Of a stretch of DNA of 64,000 nucleotides, positions 1-16,101 are shown piece after piece. The number at the start of each line of letters is the position of its first letter. Positions within the stretch are counted from its first letter, which is position 1. The notes below the pieces were generated by a model. The model was not told the origin of the DNA. It saw only the letters and a program-made list of their open reading frames with translations, and ran no database searches. The stretch lies in assembly GCA_964247055.1 (NCBI GenBank), contig OZ176052.1, forward strand, positions 10,788,001 to 10,852,000, in the 5' to 3' direction. Source of the DNA: Paragordius varius. Lineage: Eukaryota; Animalia; Nematomorpha. Made by a program: the position numbers and the translations under genes.

Positions 1-39
1 TTTAACAAAATAAATTATTAAAAGGACATTTTTAAATTA

Positions 40-2188
<2,149 letters not shown>

Positions 2189-2609
2189 TTAAGGTAAGAT
2201 TTAAATATATATGCAATGTATAAAACAGTTAAAATCAAATCAAAAATGACAATCGATAATTATAAATGAGCTGGGGTAGTTATCCTTCACACTAAGGATA
2301 AAACAAATACATAATTGTTACTGATCAAGTATACATAATTATTAAGTGTTATAACAATTTTGTTGCAAAAACAACAGATGATATTTTACGCAAATAATTG
2401 GATCAAATGAAAATGTTTTGCATTATAAATTTTTATACTTGTGTCTTCGTCCATGTTGTGAAGTTTGATGTGCATTAAATGCAAAAAATTTGGTCAAATA
2501 TTCGATCGGATGGGTTTTTCAAAACTCAAATTTAAATCACAGGTGTGGTTATAAATGACCGTTACTATTCATTCATTCATCGTAGTTGGGCGTAATTATT
2601 CTATTTACC

Positions 2610-2837
2610 ATGAAGGAGTCTCAATTGCAACATTATCAGCGTTTGGCTGAAAAGTACCTCAAAACAATCATTAAATTTGCTGAAGCCAACCCACAACGCT
2701 TTTTATTATACGTGGTAATAGCGCTTTTGCCTATTTTTTTGATCAGTGCTTACTTGTCAAGCAAGGCAAAACAGGAAAGAAAAAAAGAAACAAGACGCAG
2801 TGGAAGAAATATTGGTAAAGACAAAAAATCAAAATAA
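2610..2837 (+). CDS. SMIM15: SMIM15/UPF0542-like small single-pass membrane protein
   Basis: Intronless ORF MKESQL...KFAEANPQRFLLYVVIALLPIFLISAYLS plus a Lys/Arg-rich tail. Resembles the SMIM15 pattern ([28 protein letters not shown] + basic tail) from recall; no search run. Confidence 0.7.
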   Translation: MKESQLQHYQRLAEKYLKTIIKFAEANPQRFLLYVVIALLPIFLISAYLSSKAKQERKKETRRSGRNIGKDKKSK

Positions 2838-2888
2838 TTATGAATTTATTAATTGATACACAGCCATATATTTTATAATAATTATTTT

Positions 2889-3833
2889 CTACAATGTGCA
2901 CGTATCCTTGAAATCATGTATCCACTTTAGACCATCGTTTGTATTACCTTAATAATTAACATCAATGCATTCGTTTATACTTTTTGGTATGTATTCCAAC
3001 CCAATAAATTTGCCATAATTTAAATTTTTTAACAAATCAAAAATATATTTATATGATATTTCTCCTGCCGTATCCGGTTCGTTTCGTAATGGTACTTGGG
3101 ATATTTGCATATGGCCTACAGGTTTAAATTTCATATTCAACCAATTAAAGGGAAAAGCGTATTAATGGATTCCGTTAGATTACCTTGTATCCTTTGCAGG
3201 TGATACATATCTAATTGTAATTTGATACGTGGATCATTTACTCGTTTTATAATTCTTTCCGCTAAAGAAAAGAATTAAAAAATAATACCTTTAACAAAAG
3301 AATTCATAAAGTAATTTGGAACGGCTTGTGAGCATATAGGTTCAATAACTCCTATCATATCGAATTCATTTAAAAGTTTGGTTGAATATTGCAAATTTTC
3401 AACCATCGTTTGTTCCATTTCATCCAAAAGTTTGGCATCGGGGTTTTGTGGAATAAAACCAGCCAATATATGCACACTGAAGTTTAAATTTTGGTGGTTA
3501 ACCTTTTACAATCTAATTCTTTTGCATATTCCAAGGCTTTGGCAAAGAGTGTTTTAAATCTTTCTTCCATACCTGGAATGGCTGCCAGTCCCATTTCATT
3601 AGCGTTTCCTTATTATTATGAAAAATATTAAAAAAACCTCTGGGCGTATTTATCAAGACGTGTTTTAATCCTATATCATTAATATGTTTTAATTGTTCAA
3701 AAGGGATTCCATAAGGGTCAGGGTTTTCAACATACCTAAATCCGGCGGATTTGGCTGCTTTGTAGCGGTCAATTATGGTTCCATGTTCTTTGAACAGAAA
3801 ACCCATGTTTGCACACAATTTTAGCTTACTCAT
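2889..3833 (-). CDS. HYI: Hydroxypyruvate isomerase, 6 exons
   Basis: MSKLKLCANMGFLF...GVIEPI...KLQLDMYHLQRIQGNL...IGHMQISQVPLRNEPDTAGEI...IGLEY. Five GT-AG introns (3609-3637, 3477-3502, 3262-3288, 3116-3141, 2948-2980; 29/26/27/26/33 nt) restore one continuous frame ending at TAG 2889. Confidence 0.93.
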
Positions 3834-4012
3834 CAGTTATAACGTTAAATTTAAAAATTAAGAAGGTTAAAAAATGAAATTACGAAATAAGTATGTAACA
3901 CATGATATTTATTGTTTCATTTACGTATCATATTTGTATAAAAATTTGTGGATGCATTGATAAATTAAAATATAATTATTTATAAATATATCACATATAC
4001 AAAAAAATAAAA

Positions 4013-7000
4013 TTAATGATGGAATGATTTTCGCACTATCCGATCATTTAGTGGCTGAGGTTCTCTAAATATATTGCACATGGTTTTGCATTTCCCCGTT
4101 TCGTCCAATTCGCTCGAATACAATTGGAATAAGTGCTTTAACTAAATATAAAATATAACGAACCAGATTTTAGAAATATGAAAAAAACGATATGTCCTAT
4201 AATATAGTTAATATTATGAAAAATTGACAATATTATCATGATTTTATGGTGTTATTTTGAAATAAAAACTACAGTTTCAAAGCATTTGTGTACATAACTT
4301 GGGCCCAAACGATCTTAAATTAGTATGCCAAATACTAATGGTAAAGTTATGTCATTTTTCCGCCGTGAATTTTTAATTTTGTAGCTATAAAAAATTGTAC
4401 TTGTTAATTACTTTTATTATTTTCCGCTATAAAAATCAACCAATTTCGATTGCATATCATTAATTAATAAAAAAATCGTTATTAACTACCAATCAATAAC
4501 TATTTTTTTAAAAAAAAGTTTTAAGAAGCAAAATCAATGTTATATAATAATAAAATTAACTGATTTTTACCTCGAATTATGAGTTAAAAATTTTGATGTT
4601 TTTATGTGAGGAGAATTAAGAAATGTGTCTCTTTATAATATATATAACATTTTAACTTTAAATTTTTGAAAATATAAACTTTTTAATAAAACCTATCTAT
4701 ACATCTCTCAAATGTTACTTGATTGTTGGAAATTTCCATAGGGTTCTTTAACAGTATCCAGGTGACTGATTCACTAAAAGGCGGTGTTGTTAAGGAACCT
4801 GGATAAGTCCAATACTCTGAGATATTTTCTATAAATTGAAAACAATATAATAAATAAAAATATCAATGGATCAAAAACTAATTGAAAACCGAAATAATCT
4901 AATTGCACTTAACAAAATATAATCTCGTCCCCATTTACTAAACAATTTGAAACATTATTACCATATAAATCGCCAACTATGTAATAAATAATCCATATTA
5001 AAATCAATAAGGAATGAAAAAAATTATTTGTCAGAGGCATATTTAATTCATTCTTTTGAGACAACAAAAATAAAATCAACGTAATTCTGGCTCACGTATA
5101 ATTAAAATCAAGGCTCAACACAAATGGCTTCGCGGGTCGCATACGAAAAATATATGGCCCATAATAAATATTTTGTTGGATTTCAAACATAAAACTGTAC
5201 CAAATATACGAACACATATAACAATATTTATTTAGCCGATTTCTGCTAGTTCAATGCCAAAATTTGAAATGGATTTTTTTTTGAATTGTTTGTTCACGAT
5301 ATCAATTTTACTAAGAAGATTATTTTATAAATAATATTTAAGCAAAATATGGAATTTCCTAATTATTTGGTGTATGGTGTAATTTCACAAATTTTGTGAA
5401 CCAAAACAAAAATCTAGGAGTGCCGCATGTTGGTCACCCCTGATGAAACTATGCAAAACACCAAGATAAAGTCTTTCCATAACTATTAAAATATTGACCT
5501 GGTTGGATTAGGCAACAATATAAAGACAAAATACACACACCTATTTGCTAATCAACTATATAATCATTATTAGTACAAATCAACGAATTCCTCCTATAAT
5601 CGTTGAATTATTAGCGTTGAAAGAATAATATTGATCAACATATGCTCTTTCTTGCAAGGATTGAGGGATAATAATTTAAATATTTTGCCCAAAATTTTGA
5701 AATTGTATGATAAGAGTTTATGGTTTTTTATGGAAATGGCTTAAAGTTAAAAATATATTATAAATAGGTTTTTAGATTAAATTTTGGCTTGATTGTTTCC
5801 TACGAATTTTACATTAAATGATTTTAAAATTGTTAATCTATAAATAAAAAATAAACAGTTTAGAGTCTCTTTTTTCCTTTTTTATTAGAGGGTAAGGACT
5901 TAAGTTATATTAGTTTCGGGGTTGGAACTCTGGCACGCAGTGTGAGAGTCCAACCTACCTACTATACCATGTCCATACCCTAATATTTTATTACTATTAA
6001 ATGCAATAAATTGATCAAATATCTAAAAATATTAGGAATGACTTTCCTGTCTAAAATATAATATATTTATAGGAAATAAATTATATACCTGGTAGGCAGT
6101 GTCTTAAATTTAATTCTTTGGTGACAATTTTTGAATCTTGATAGTTTTGTATGTGCGATAATTGGCTAATAATTTTATCCAGTTCTGGGTTGGATTGTCC
6201 TAACTATATATCAAACATAATGTTATGTTTTAAAATCTGGGTTTTCGAAAATTGGATAAATTAAATTTTATATATAGATTATCTTGATATCATTAATTAA
6301 TCAAAACATCAATGGTTTGAAGCGGTTCAATTTTTTTAAAAGAAAATATTCCATAAAATTTGTTTACCTTAAGAAATACGCCCACAACAGACAAACCGTT
6401 ATAGTAATTGGATGCATCATTCATGTTTGAAAAATATTCAGAGTTCCAATGAACAAAATGTACCTTATCAAAAAAAATATTAATTGTATTTAATGTGTAA
6501 CATATTAAATTAAAAATCCTTAATCCATCATTTAAAAACATTTTAATCAAGTGTTAATTGGGCGCAGTATACCTCTCCCTCGTAAAGTTTTCCATTAATT
6601 CTGTGTTCAGATCCCTTTTTATTTTCGGAACCCCAATGGAAGTGAAAATGATCAAATCGGTAGGCATTTGACAAGGGACCACTTCTTATAACTATATAAC
6701 GTAGCAATTTTAATTTTGTGCACAGCGTTTAAATATTAAATGATTAGATATTAATATAGAAAGTATTTGAAAAGTCTAAAAACTGTCTATGACGAGGCCT
6801 TCAAAAAAATTGGGCATATTATAAACAAATTTGACTTAACTACATAAATGAAAAAAAATGACATAAAATAGCATAAAATAATTTTACATAAATCATCTTG
6901 GTGTAGCGGGAAAATCTTTAGGGTTGTTCCATCATTCAGCATGCGAAAAGCTTCAAGCTTGGCATAATTGACATTCAAGGGATTATCCTGGTCTAAGTGT

Positions 7001-7137
7001 GCATCATACCGGGCCTGATTAGTTTTAATATCGATTGGGGATTGAAAATGACCCGTAGATTTGGGGTAACGTGTGGCCCATTTTGATGCTCCTTCAATAT
7101 TTTTATTATGATTAAAATTTAATTTTTGAATATCCAT
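4013..7137 (-). CDS. CA: Alpha-carbonic anhydrase, cytosolic type, 6 exons, 272 aa
   Basis: Exons 7137-6888, 6691-6573, 6463-6368, 6203-6089, 4828-4719, 4141-4013 sum to 819 nt with consistent phases. Motifs QSPIDI, HFHWGS (Zn His), [30 protein letters not shown]. No signal peptide. Confidence 0.95.
5109..5442. mobile_element. Small hAT-type MITE (CAGGGGTG..CCAAC terminus), in a carbonic anhydrase intron
   Basis: Right end GCATGTTGGTCACCCCTG and internal TTCGCGGGTCGCAT, shared with copies at 15813-16101 and ~17850-18588. Left end degenerate. Confidence 0.55.
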
Positions 7138-7315
7138 AAATACATGTAAAATAGGATAGAATATTTTATGGATTGATATATTTATATATTTACCTAATAA
7201 ATTACTTATTAATTATATCATTGTGTCACTTTTTCTATTGTAATTTATACCCATCTATTAAATCTGATCAAACCTGTGTTTGTTAATTATAAAAGTTCTT
7301 TTATTTACCAATTTA

Positions 7316-7350
7316 ATATATATATATATTATATATATATATATATATAT
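7316..7350. repeat. (TA)n microsatellite upstream of carbonic anhydrase
   Basis: Near-perfect TA run seen directly. Confidence 0.9.
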
Positions 7351-9062
7351 TGAGGTATAATAATTATACTAAAAAAGATATTAAGTAATCATACATAGCA
7401 TATTTTCTGAGAAATCGATATATATACTTATAAGAAAAAGTAGGCATTATTTGTAATTATACATTATTTGTAATAATTATCGCGTATTAACTATTTCTAA
7501 TGTCTCTCGTCAAATTTAATGACTCACCAAATATCCCAATACATGCTAATCTTGAAATATTAATTTTTAAATTTGGATTGTTGTAAAAAATGAATCTAAT
7601 TTTTATACAAGCACATTTAACTGACATTCTTGATTATTGGACCATTTCAAAGCATGACTGATTTTATTTTAAAATGTATACCTCTAATTTATTATAATTT
7701 TGTTTTTTAACCATATAGTAGGGATAAAAATAGGTTTATAATTTATAGGGTTTGATGGCCACTTGCTATCAGGTCTTAACATATCAATTTTAAATAACTA
7801 TGTATATTCTCAGAATTCAATATAAATTTTTATAAACAAAACAGGTGAAAATATTTACCATGAAAGAATTTACCGACAATCAAATTAAAAAGTTGAATTT
7901 GACATTGGGCCACAAGTTTAGAATAATTGTAAAATTTGTAGTGATTATGAATATTAGTATAATTATTAACGAGTATATTATTGCACCTTGTTAATTGATG
8001 TATAAAAGATTTTTGTAGCGCATATATATTAATATTACAATTATATAGCACTTTTAACATTCTAAAATATTTTATATTCAAAAACTTAAAAAAGTATATA
8101 TATTTAAACAATAAAAAAAATAAACAAAAAGTTTGATATATATTTACATATCAATTTAATTTAATAAATTGTGTTTATATTTATTTATTTTTATATAAAT
8201 ATGGATAATATCAGAAGGTCACCACCACATTGCATGTGGTAATATATGTAAGTAAATAGATTGAAATAGAGTATTGTCGCGATCAATCATAATACCATAA
8301 CAACTTTTTTGTAAAACTTTATGCCAAAATTTTTTTTAGCAATGTAATATATTTTAATTTAGGAATTGTTGGATACTTTCGATATCAAATTCATCAAAAG
8401 TCAAAAAATATCAATAAAACAATAATACTGCTATTTGTTATATAGTAGAAGGAATTAAATTTTTTGTATTGGCAGTTGTTAAACTCAGAACAATATTATA
8501 AAGGAAAATTAAGCTTAAAATGATGATGAAAATACCTAAATTTAAACTGAAATTACAAAGTGATTCGGTCACGATTGTTAGCGTTCATCAGTACGACACT
8601 ACTATTGGTTTTAATTGATTGTGTTTAAAATTCCCATTACCGACTTCATTTATACCAAACTTACCAAGTAAATAAACAATATTTTGTAAAAACTACAAAT
8701 AAAATAGTTGTGTAGTACTGATGGTGGATCACAAGCACAAAACTCGTTTGCTACTAGACGAAGGGTTTAGCATATCATTTTGTTTCAGTTTAAATTTAGG
8801 TTTAATTCCTTATATTTTCGTTAACAAATTGTCACTATATTAAATAATAAGACGGCCAAAACTGTGTGACATCCTTGTAATTTAAATTGTAATTTATATT
8901 ATAATGATTAGCTAAAACGATGAGCATCTTCATAACAATTTGGGTCATTCGAATAAAGCCGTTATTTTAAAAATAAAAAAAAACGGTATACAAATGCAAT
9001 ATATTCAATTAAGTTAGTAATCTCAGTATGATTTTTTGGCGTCTACTTTCATCACTCCATGA

Positions 9063-9500
9063 CATTTTGGGGTAGTCTTTTACCAGAGCGATTTGATCTT
9101 GATAAGTTTTTAAGGTATTGGGCTGAATTTAAAAATATGTTTTCTTTAGCCTTTAAGGCGCATAATACAAAATTTTTTTTAAATGTAAAATCGTAAAAAA
9201 ATCTTCATCTCAAGTTTTTTCGCCGCCATTTTTTTCTTTAAATTTATTTAAATCGCTAATATAATATTAAGATAAATTTATATGATGGTTAAATGTAATT
9301 ACATAACTAACTTTTAAGCTTTGAGTTTGTTAATGATATTAAAATCAGCTGTTTAGTTCAACCGTGTTTAGAAGTCATAAAACTGCAAAAAACATAAGCT
9401 TTTTATCTAATACATTAAGACAATGTTTGATAAAATTTAAACTAAAATAACTTTTCAAAACAGTAGTTTAATTACGGGGATATGTAATTACCCCAATATG
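9063..9500. mobile_element. ~440-bp MITE with CATTTTGGGG terminal inverted repeats
   Basis: Ends CATTTTGGGGTAG / TACCCCAATATG. Internal motifs (CAGAGCGATTT, GGCGCATAATACAAAA) recur at 18017-18453, 52048-52550 and as fragments near 28035, 41040, 48760, 49570 and 62900. Best-preserved ends are TA-flanked. Confidence 0.65.
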
Positions 9501-12500
9501 TCGAATAGGACATAAAAGTTAAAAGTTTTCACAGAGTGTTAAATAATATAAATATCTAACTATTGTATTTATTTATATTTAAATGCTTTAACTGGTTAAA
9601 AAACAGATAACTGCCGATTGACAATTTTCTGTTTCAATAAGTTTAGGAAAGGTTTACATTTATTAATAAAAGCTGTATCTTGTAGTACCGTAAATTGTGC
9701 GATTTAAGCTAAAAAATAAGCAATGTCAATTCGGTTAAAAAACAGTCAACTGCCAATTAGCTATACCGTTTCTTACATTAGATCAATAAGTTTAGTTGAG
9801 GTTTAAAAAACCTAATGTAACAGTAAATCATACAATCTAAATAATATAATCACTTATTTAATTTAATTCAATTCTAACACTGAAAATATTATCATTGCTT
9901 AAAAAATATTAAAGTATGGATGTACTTGACTATATTTGATGTTTTAAAATGAACAAATTTAATAGCTTTTCGTAGTTGTTTTGCTTTTGGCAAATCCAAC
10001 TAATTTTTCTGATCATAAACGGTTTTAGGTTAAAATAATTTTGGCTCCAGTTCCATGTTTTCAGTTTAATGGTTCGACTTTCGCTTCCTTTTTTAAAAAA
10101 AAATAGGAATTCCCATTATTTATATACAATGTGTGATGAAATTTTTCAAAAATAGACGCATAGAAACCGATCAAATTTGTTTTATACTGCTTTTTGCAAA
10201 ATCGAAGAACAGGATCATAATTTAGAAATAAATAATTATATAAGGATTTTGTAATAAAAATATTGAAAAATTAAAAACAAATTATTTTTGTGGAACTACG
10301 CGGTTCCAAAAAAAAACGGTTTCTGTAATCTCTATAAAAACGATTCGAAAGATATCAAGATATTTCTTTAGATATGTCTTACAAAAAAAATATTTCACCA
10401 TTTCAGAAACTTCGCTGTGAATTACAGAGACCTCGGGGTTTATTAAAATTTGGGCGCTAAAATCAATGGTGTCGAAATTAGATACTAGTTCATATAAATT
10501 GCAGTTTATATATTTTTTGTTTGGCTTGGCATATGAAAGCTTAATCATTTTTAAAAATATTATTTATTTAATTTTTGTGGAATGGACCACTAGTTCACTG
10601 GGCACATTTCAAAATAACTAATTTTCTAAAAAAGTCATTTTAGGGATTAATTTTTTTAATGTTACAAATTTTTGATGACATATATATCTTTTTCGTTTAT
10701 TAAATATCATGTTTCAAAATTATCCCAGTGCAGCTAAAATGTGTTTAAAATTTGGTGAAGATATCGATTTTTTTATCTTTCTAGGTTTTGGATAAAATAA
10801 GTTGTAATAATAAAAGAATTACAAAATTCTTTAAACAAATCGCCTCTCAGTTTATTATTAATGAATACCATCCTTATTTTTCTGTAGGAATATAATTTAT
10901 AAAATATTTATAAACTTATGTTAAGGTATAATGATACTGTTGTTAAACAAGCCTCGTGTAAAAATTAAACTGCTAAAAATTTCATTGAAAACTTTTAGGG
11001 TTTTATTTACGTTCTACATTTATAAATATATTTATTAATTTTCTTATTAGATAGCTAATTTGCATACAAAGGGTGAAAATATTAAGTATGGAGTGACCAA
11101 TTTTAAAGAAAATTATACAGAGTATTTAATGTTTCAATATTTAATTATTACATAAAAGTCAATTGTCAATTATGGAGTGATAGATTTTACGCGGTATGGA
11201 TTATAATTTAGTTTATTCCCAAAATATGAACAGACGCTAGTTTCTACTGGAATGCCACATTAATTATAAAATGCCATATTATTTAAAATATAAGCTCGGC
11301 AATAGTTTCATATAAATCTCAGGAATTCACTGTGCCAAACAAATTTTTCCAAGGGTTATAAACTAAGTTTGCCAAATTTCTGTAATTACAACCATTTTTA
11401 AAATCTTATCTTTATTTGATTGACCAAACATCATAAAGCATTAGAAGCCATGTGATTGAACTTAAAGCCAGGTCATGGTTTTAATGAGATGGGTAAATCA
11501 TAAATCATCATTATATTTATAGCTCAAGAAAATATTAAAATTATATGTAGCCACATTGTTTCGGCTTATTTATATGGCTCATTCACATGTTATACATGCA
11601 GTCGTTCATGGTCATAACATTTATGATTCCAACAGCCAAATGTATTCCCTATATCAAACAAAATAATCTTAACTCGTTCAAATTGGGTCGCACAGTTTTA
11701 ATGATGATATTTTGCAATTCATTAAAATTTGATTAATATTTAATATTCGGGTCAGACCAACCCTTATTTCTGCAATATTTGTAATTCATACTTATATTTT
11801 ATATAAATTTTGCACATTAGTTAGTCAAATCCAAATATTTTTGTTCATTTGGCAATACAGTAGTGTATGGGTAAAAAACAACAAATGTTTGAAATTACAA
11901 TGTTTTTTCTTCTCTTACAACATTCAATTAATAAACATAGACAAAATTTGTTTTTTATCATACGCTAATGTTTACCAAATGACTAAAAATGTGCATAGTC
12001 TATATATGATAAATATAAAGATAAAATATACCATCAGCGTCCCCATAACCCCAATCTTTCAACAACTTACTCATTTGAATATTATTGTGCAAGGATGTCA
12101 GAAAAATGGTAATGCAAAAAATGGATTTTAGATATTTAATGATCTCTAATAAGCCAAATTTTTGACAATAGATGCTGTTGAATATTTTGAAGCATACTAC
12201 ATATATCTTTTAAAGGTGTGAAATATTTGCTCATTATTTATTGCAGACGGCCAATTTTATTTCCGCGTACATTGTATAGAAATGTAATAAAAATATTATA
12301 TGATTAGTATATATTGTATGCGGAATAGCATTGACTCCTTTTTAATGAGGATTTCCCAATCATTATTTTTAATAATTTGTGTGTATATTTCATTCGTAAT
12401 ATCTTTTCCAGAGAAAACAGAATGTGAGAAAAAAGATTTTTTTAATTCCTCTCTGGAATTTTCGGTTTAACCAACAATTCTAAAATATTATATTGTATGA

Positions 12501-12913
12501 TAAAAAATGCTCCACCTTTTACATATTGGTGTATATGTATAAGGAAATTTTTCCTTCTAATTAATCCTGAGATGTATGGTTTTTGTGTAAATTATATTGA
12601 TGATAAAATTTATTTTTAAGAAAATACTATAAATCTCACCTATATATTTATTTAATATTGTATATGAATGATTTTTACCAAAAATTATTAGGTTTTTAGA
12701 TTAATATATTACACTTTTTTGTTGTATCTATTACCATTGATTTCTAAACATCATATCATACACACTATTTTCTATCGAACATAAAAAAACTTTTATATAC
12801 ATTTTACAAGATTAAAAAATATACAAAATCTTTGAAAATCAATACGTATGACAATGCCTTGTAGGAATATTTTTGCTAAAATATTATCGTATAAAATTTA
12901 TAAATGTATTTAA

Positions 12914-12916
<3 letters not shown>

Positions 12917-12945
<29 letters not shown>
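12917..12945. repeat. (TA)n microsatellite
   Basis: Perfect TA run seen directly. Confidence 0.9.
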
Positions 12946-12948
<3 letters not shown>

Positions 12949-13642
12949 AGATTTTTCAAGATTTTTAAATATTTTCCAAAATTTTTGGGATATTTTAATT
13001 TAATTAATAATTAAACTCGTTCGTCTTAAAACCTAGTTTTTTTATTTGACATTATAAAATATTTTACAAATTTTGATACAGATTTTTTCCATTTTTCTAT
13101 AAATCATTCTAAAAAATTGATGCAAGTTGCTTACTTTGTACATAAAATTTCTGTTCCATTTCCCAGTCAAAAAATCGTTTTCCCAGTCAATATAAACATT
13201 TTCCCAGTCAATAAAAACATTTTTTCAATCTATAAAAATGTTTTCCCATTCAATAAAAACGGTTTTATTTTTGATCATAAATATGAAAACAATATAATAA
13301 TTTTTAACCATTATCAGCGTAATATTGGGATATTATTTTTTATAAAAACACAATTATTGAATGACAATTTTTCCAATTATATTCCAGTGCACAATCATTA
13401 ATGACTTATTCTTTTAAAGTTATATTTTTTGGAATTTGAGATATTTTTAAGATAATATTTTTTTTATCGATGGTTGGCATTAATATTTGCGGCTAACTTA
13501 TAAAATCTATAATTACGCATGAAATAATAAAATTTATAAAAATATACCATTTTTATCTCAAATTTTTTAAACATGTCAAGTTTGTCGATAAAAATACGGT
13601 CGAAAAAAAATTTTTTAGATAAAAACATTTTTGATTTAAAAA

Positions 13643-15800
13643 TCTATATATTTATACAAATGAAAAATCGTGTCTTTGAGACAATTATCCGAAAAACGTG
13701 TTGAACAATTCGATTTCAAATATAATTTTTTACTTATTTATGATTGCGCCGAACATAGTCGGCTCGCTTTTTTAATTTAGGCCCTCTTTTTAAGTGTTCC
13801 CCCCTTAAAATGCCACTTTTTTCAAAAAAAACCAAGTCCTCATAAATAACTTTTTGAATCTATTTTTCGCCCAGGTATGAGACCGTAAAAATTTAATAAG
13901 GATTCCAAATATTCCCTGTTAAAAGGCGAAAATTTTGGTCATGCGTTTTTTTATATTGGCTGCTGCCCCATCATATCAAAATAGCGTGCCTTTGGGGCTA
14001 ATCAGACAACCTATCAGGCCATATGAGTTCAATAGGTGCTTAATATATTACCCGTAACAAGGCATATATTTAGGTGGTACGGTTTTTAAAATAACCGTTA
14101 ATTAGGCCCCTCTCACCCCGAAAAAGCGCCACCATAGAATAATTTTTAGTTTTGAGGCAATTTTTCCAAAAACTAATGAGAGCATATGGAATCAATCACA
14201 ATTACAGGTATTCTCCTAAAAAGGCAAAAATTTTAATCACGCGCTTGTTTGTATCAGCCTGTGGGTAGGGAGCTACCCGCCTAAAACTGCCCCAACATAT
14301 TGAAATTACGTTGTTTAGAAGTTAATTTAAAAACTTATTAGGCCATATAAGTGTAATAAGGGCCTCAAATATTACCCGTAAAAAGGCAAAAATTTAAGTC
14401 GAATGGTTTTTTCAAATTAGCCGTTAATTAGGCCCAATACGCCCTAAAAAATGCGCTATCATTTAGCTATTATTTGAAGCCATTCTTCCAAAAACAATTA
14501 AGAATACAAGGAATAAATGATTTCCATGTATTCCCCTATAAAGGCAAAATTATTTATCCAACGTCTTTTTATATTGGTCTCTGGATAGGGGGCTACCCGC
14601 CTACAACAACTTCACCATATCGATACAGCTTAACTTTGGAGGCAAATTTTAGAAAACTTATCAGGCCATATGAGTTCAAGGGCTTGAAATATTATCCGTA
14701 AAAAGGCAAAAATTGAAGTAGAGCGGTTTTATTATATTACCCCTTAAATAGGCCGTTACTCTGAAAAATGCGCCACCATAGATTTTTGGTTTTGAGCAAT
14801 TTTTTCGAAAATCCCACGAGAGCCTATGAAAACAATCATGATTCCAAGTATTAACCGAATTAAGGCAAAAACTTTAATTGAGCGTTTTTTTGTTTCGCCC
14901 CTGATTAGGGGGCTATCCGCGTAAAATTGCGTCATCATATCGATACAGCATGCCTTTGGAGCCATTTTTCAGAAAACCTAAGAGACTAATAGAAACATAT
15001 GGAATCCATGATAATTCCAGATATTCCCCATATAAAGGCAACGATTTTGCCCAACGCTTTTTTGATACCTGCCCCTGGGTTAGAAGCTACCCGCCAAAAA
15101 TAGCGGCACTATATGTAAAGTGCGTTGTTTTGGAGCTAATTTACAGAAATTTATGAAGCCATATGAGCTCATTAAAAGCTTGAAATAGACGTTTTATTAT
15201 TAGCCGTTAATTTAGGGCTTTTATGCCCTAAAAATACGCCATCATATAAGGATTTTTTCAAATTACCTAGTAGGCGATGGTATTAAAGAGGATGATTCTA
15301 AATATTAGCCCTAAAGGCATATAATTTAACTCATCGATATAGGTCTATGGGTATGGGTCTACCGGTTTAAAACTGACACGCCATACAAAAATGGGGTGGT
15401 TTTGGAGCTAATTTCAAAAAAATTTAAGGAACCTTACGAGTGTTAAACAAATTTCTGATTTGATTAACATTTCCTTTAAAAAGGGACCACAACTCATCCT
15501 TTTGATCCCAGCTGTGTGAACACAATTTCAAAATAAAACTTTTAATATGATTTCGACGAAAGTAAAATAAATCAATGATCGTTGAATGTTAACTTTATAA
15601 GGGACAGTTTAAATATGGCCAGTTTCGAGTAAACAATATTTGAGCCTATGCAAAAACCCATAAAAGAATAATTAAAGACATTCTTTTTATTAAATATGTT
15701 TTTTATTATTTTTTATCTCCATTACAACTATTTCTTGAAAATTATCTAAAATAATTATCGGTCAAACTACATCACAGCGAAGCGTGACAGGGCCAGCTAG
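13643..15800 (+). mobile_element. Non-autonomous Helitron with internal 160-bp tandem array
   Basis: 5' TCTATATATTTATA after an A; 3' hairpin TCACAGCGAAGCGTGA, then GGGCCAGCTAG followed by T (A^T target, no TSD). No Rep/helicase ORF. Confidence 0.85.
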
Positions 15801-15812
15801 TATTTTTTAAAA

Positions 15813-16101
15813 AAGGATATTCCAACACAATGTCTTCGCGGGCCGCATTTTTAACAAAGGCTCGGCGTTACGCATTCGAAATATATACGGGCATTTATAA
15901 ATAATTTATTCGATTTTAGACATAAGACTGTGAAATACAAACACAATATAACAATTTTTTTAATTCCTATGTAATATACTCGTTCAGAATAATTGCGTAA
16001 GATATATGAATTTTAATAAAGTTTTGTGGGCATATTTTTGCATATGGATTTCCAATTTCGTGGGCCGCACAAATCTTGAAGGGCCACGTTGGCCACCCCT
16101 G
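15813..16101. mobile_element. Small hAT-type MITE copy
   Basis: Right end GGGCCACGTTGGCCACCCCTG; TTCGCGGGCCGCAT near the left end. Confidence 0.6.

Noticed and set aside
6840-6887. 48-nt first intron for carbonic anhydrase
   Set aside because: It leads to a stop. The acceptor at 6692 restores the [13 protein letters not shown] frame.
9600-12500. A minus-strand gene including ORF 10282-10548
   Set aside because: There are several exon-like pieces and candidate micro-introns, but I could not build a phase-consistent model or recognise a family.
13170-13260. ORF 13117-13401 as a protein
   Set aside because: Its FPVN repeats are the translation of the foldback arm's 20-bp tandem units.
13900-15400. 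CRISPR array or coding repeats (ORFs 14474, 14756, 14950, 26748, 27210, 27516, 27801)
   Set aside because: These are 160-bp degenerate units without unique spacers in a eukaryotic context. The ORFs are chance frames in GC-richer Helitron repeats.
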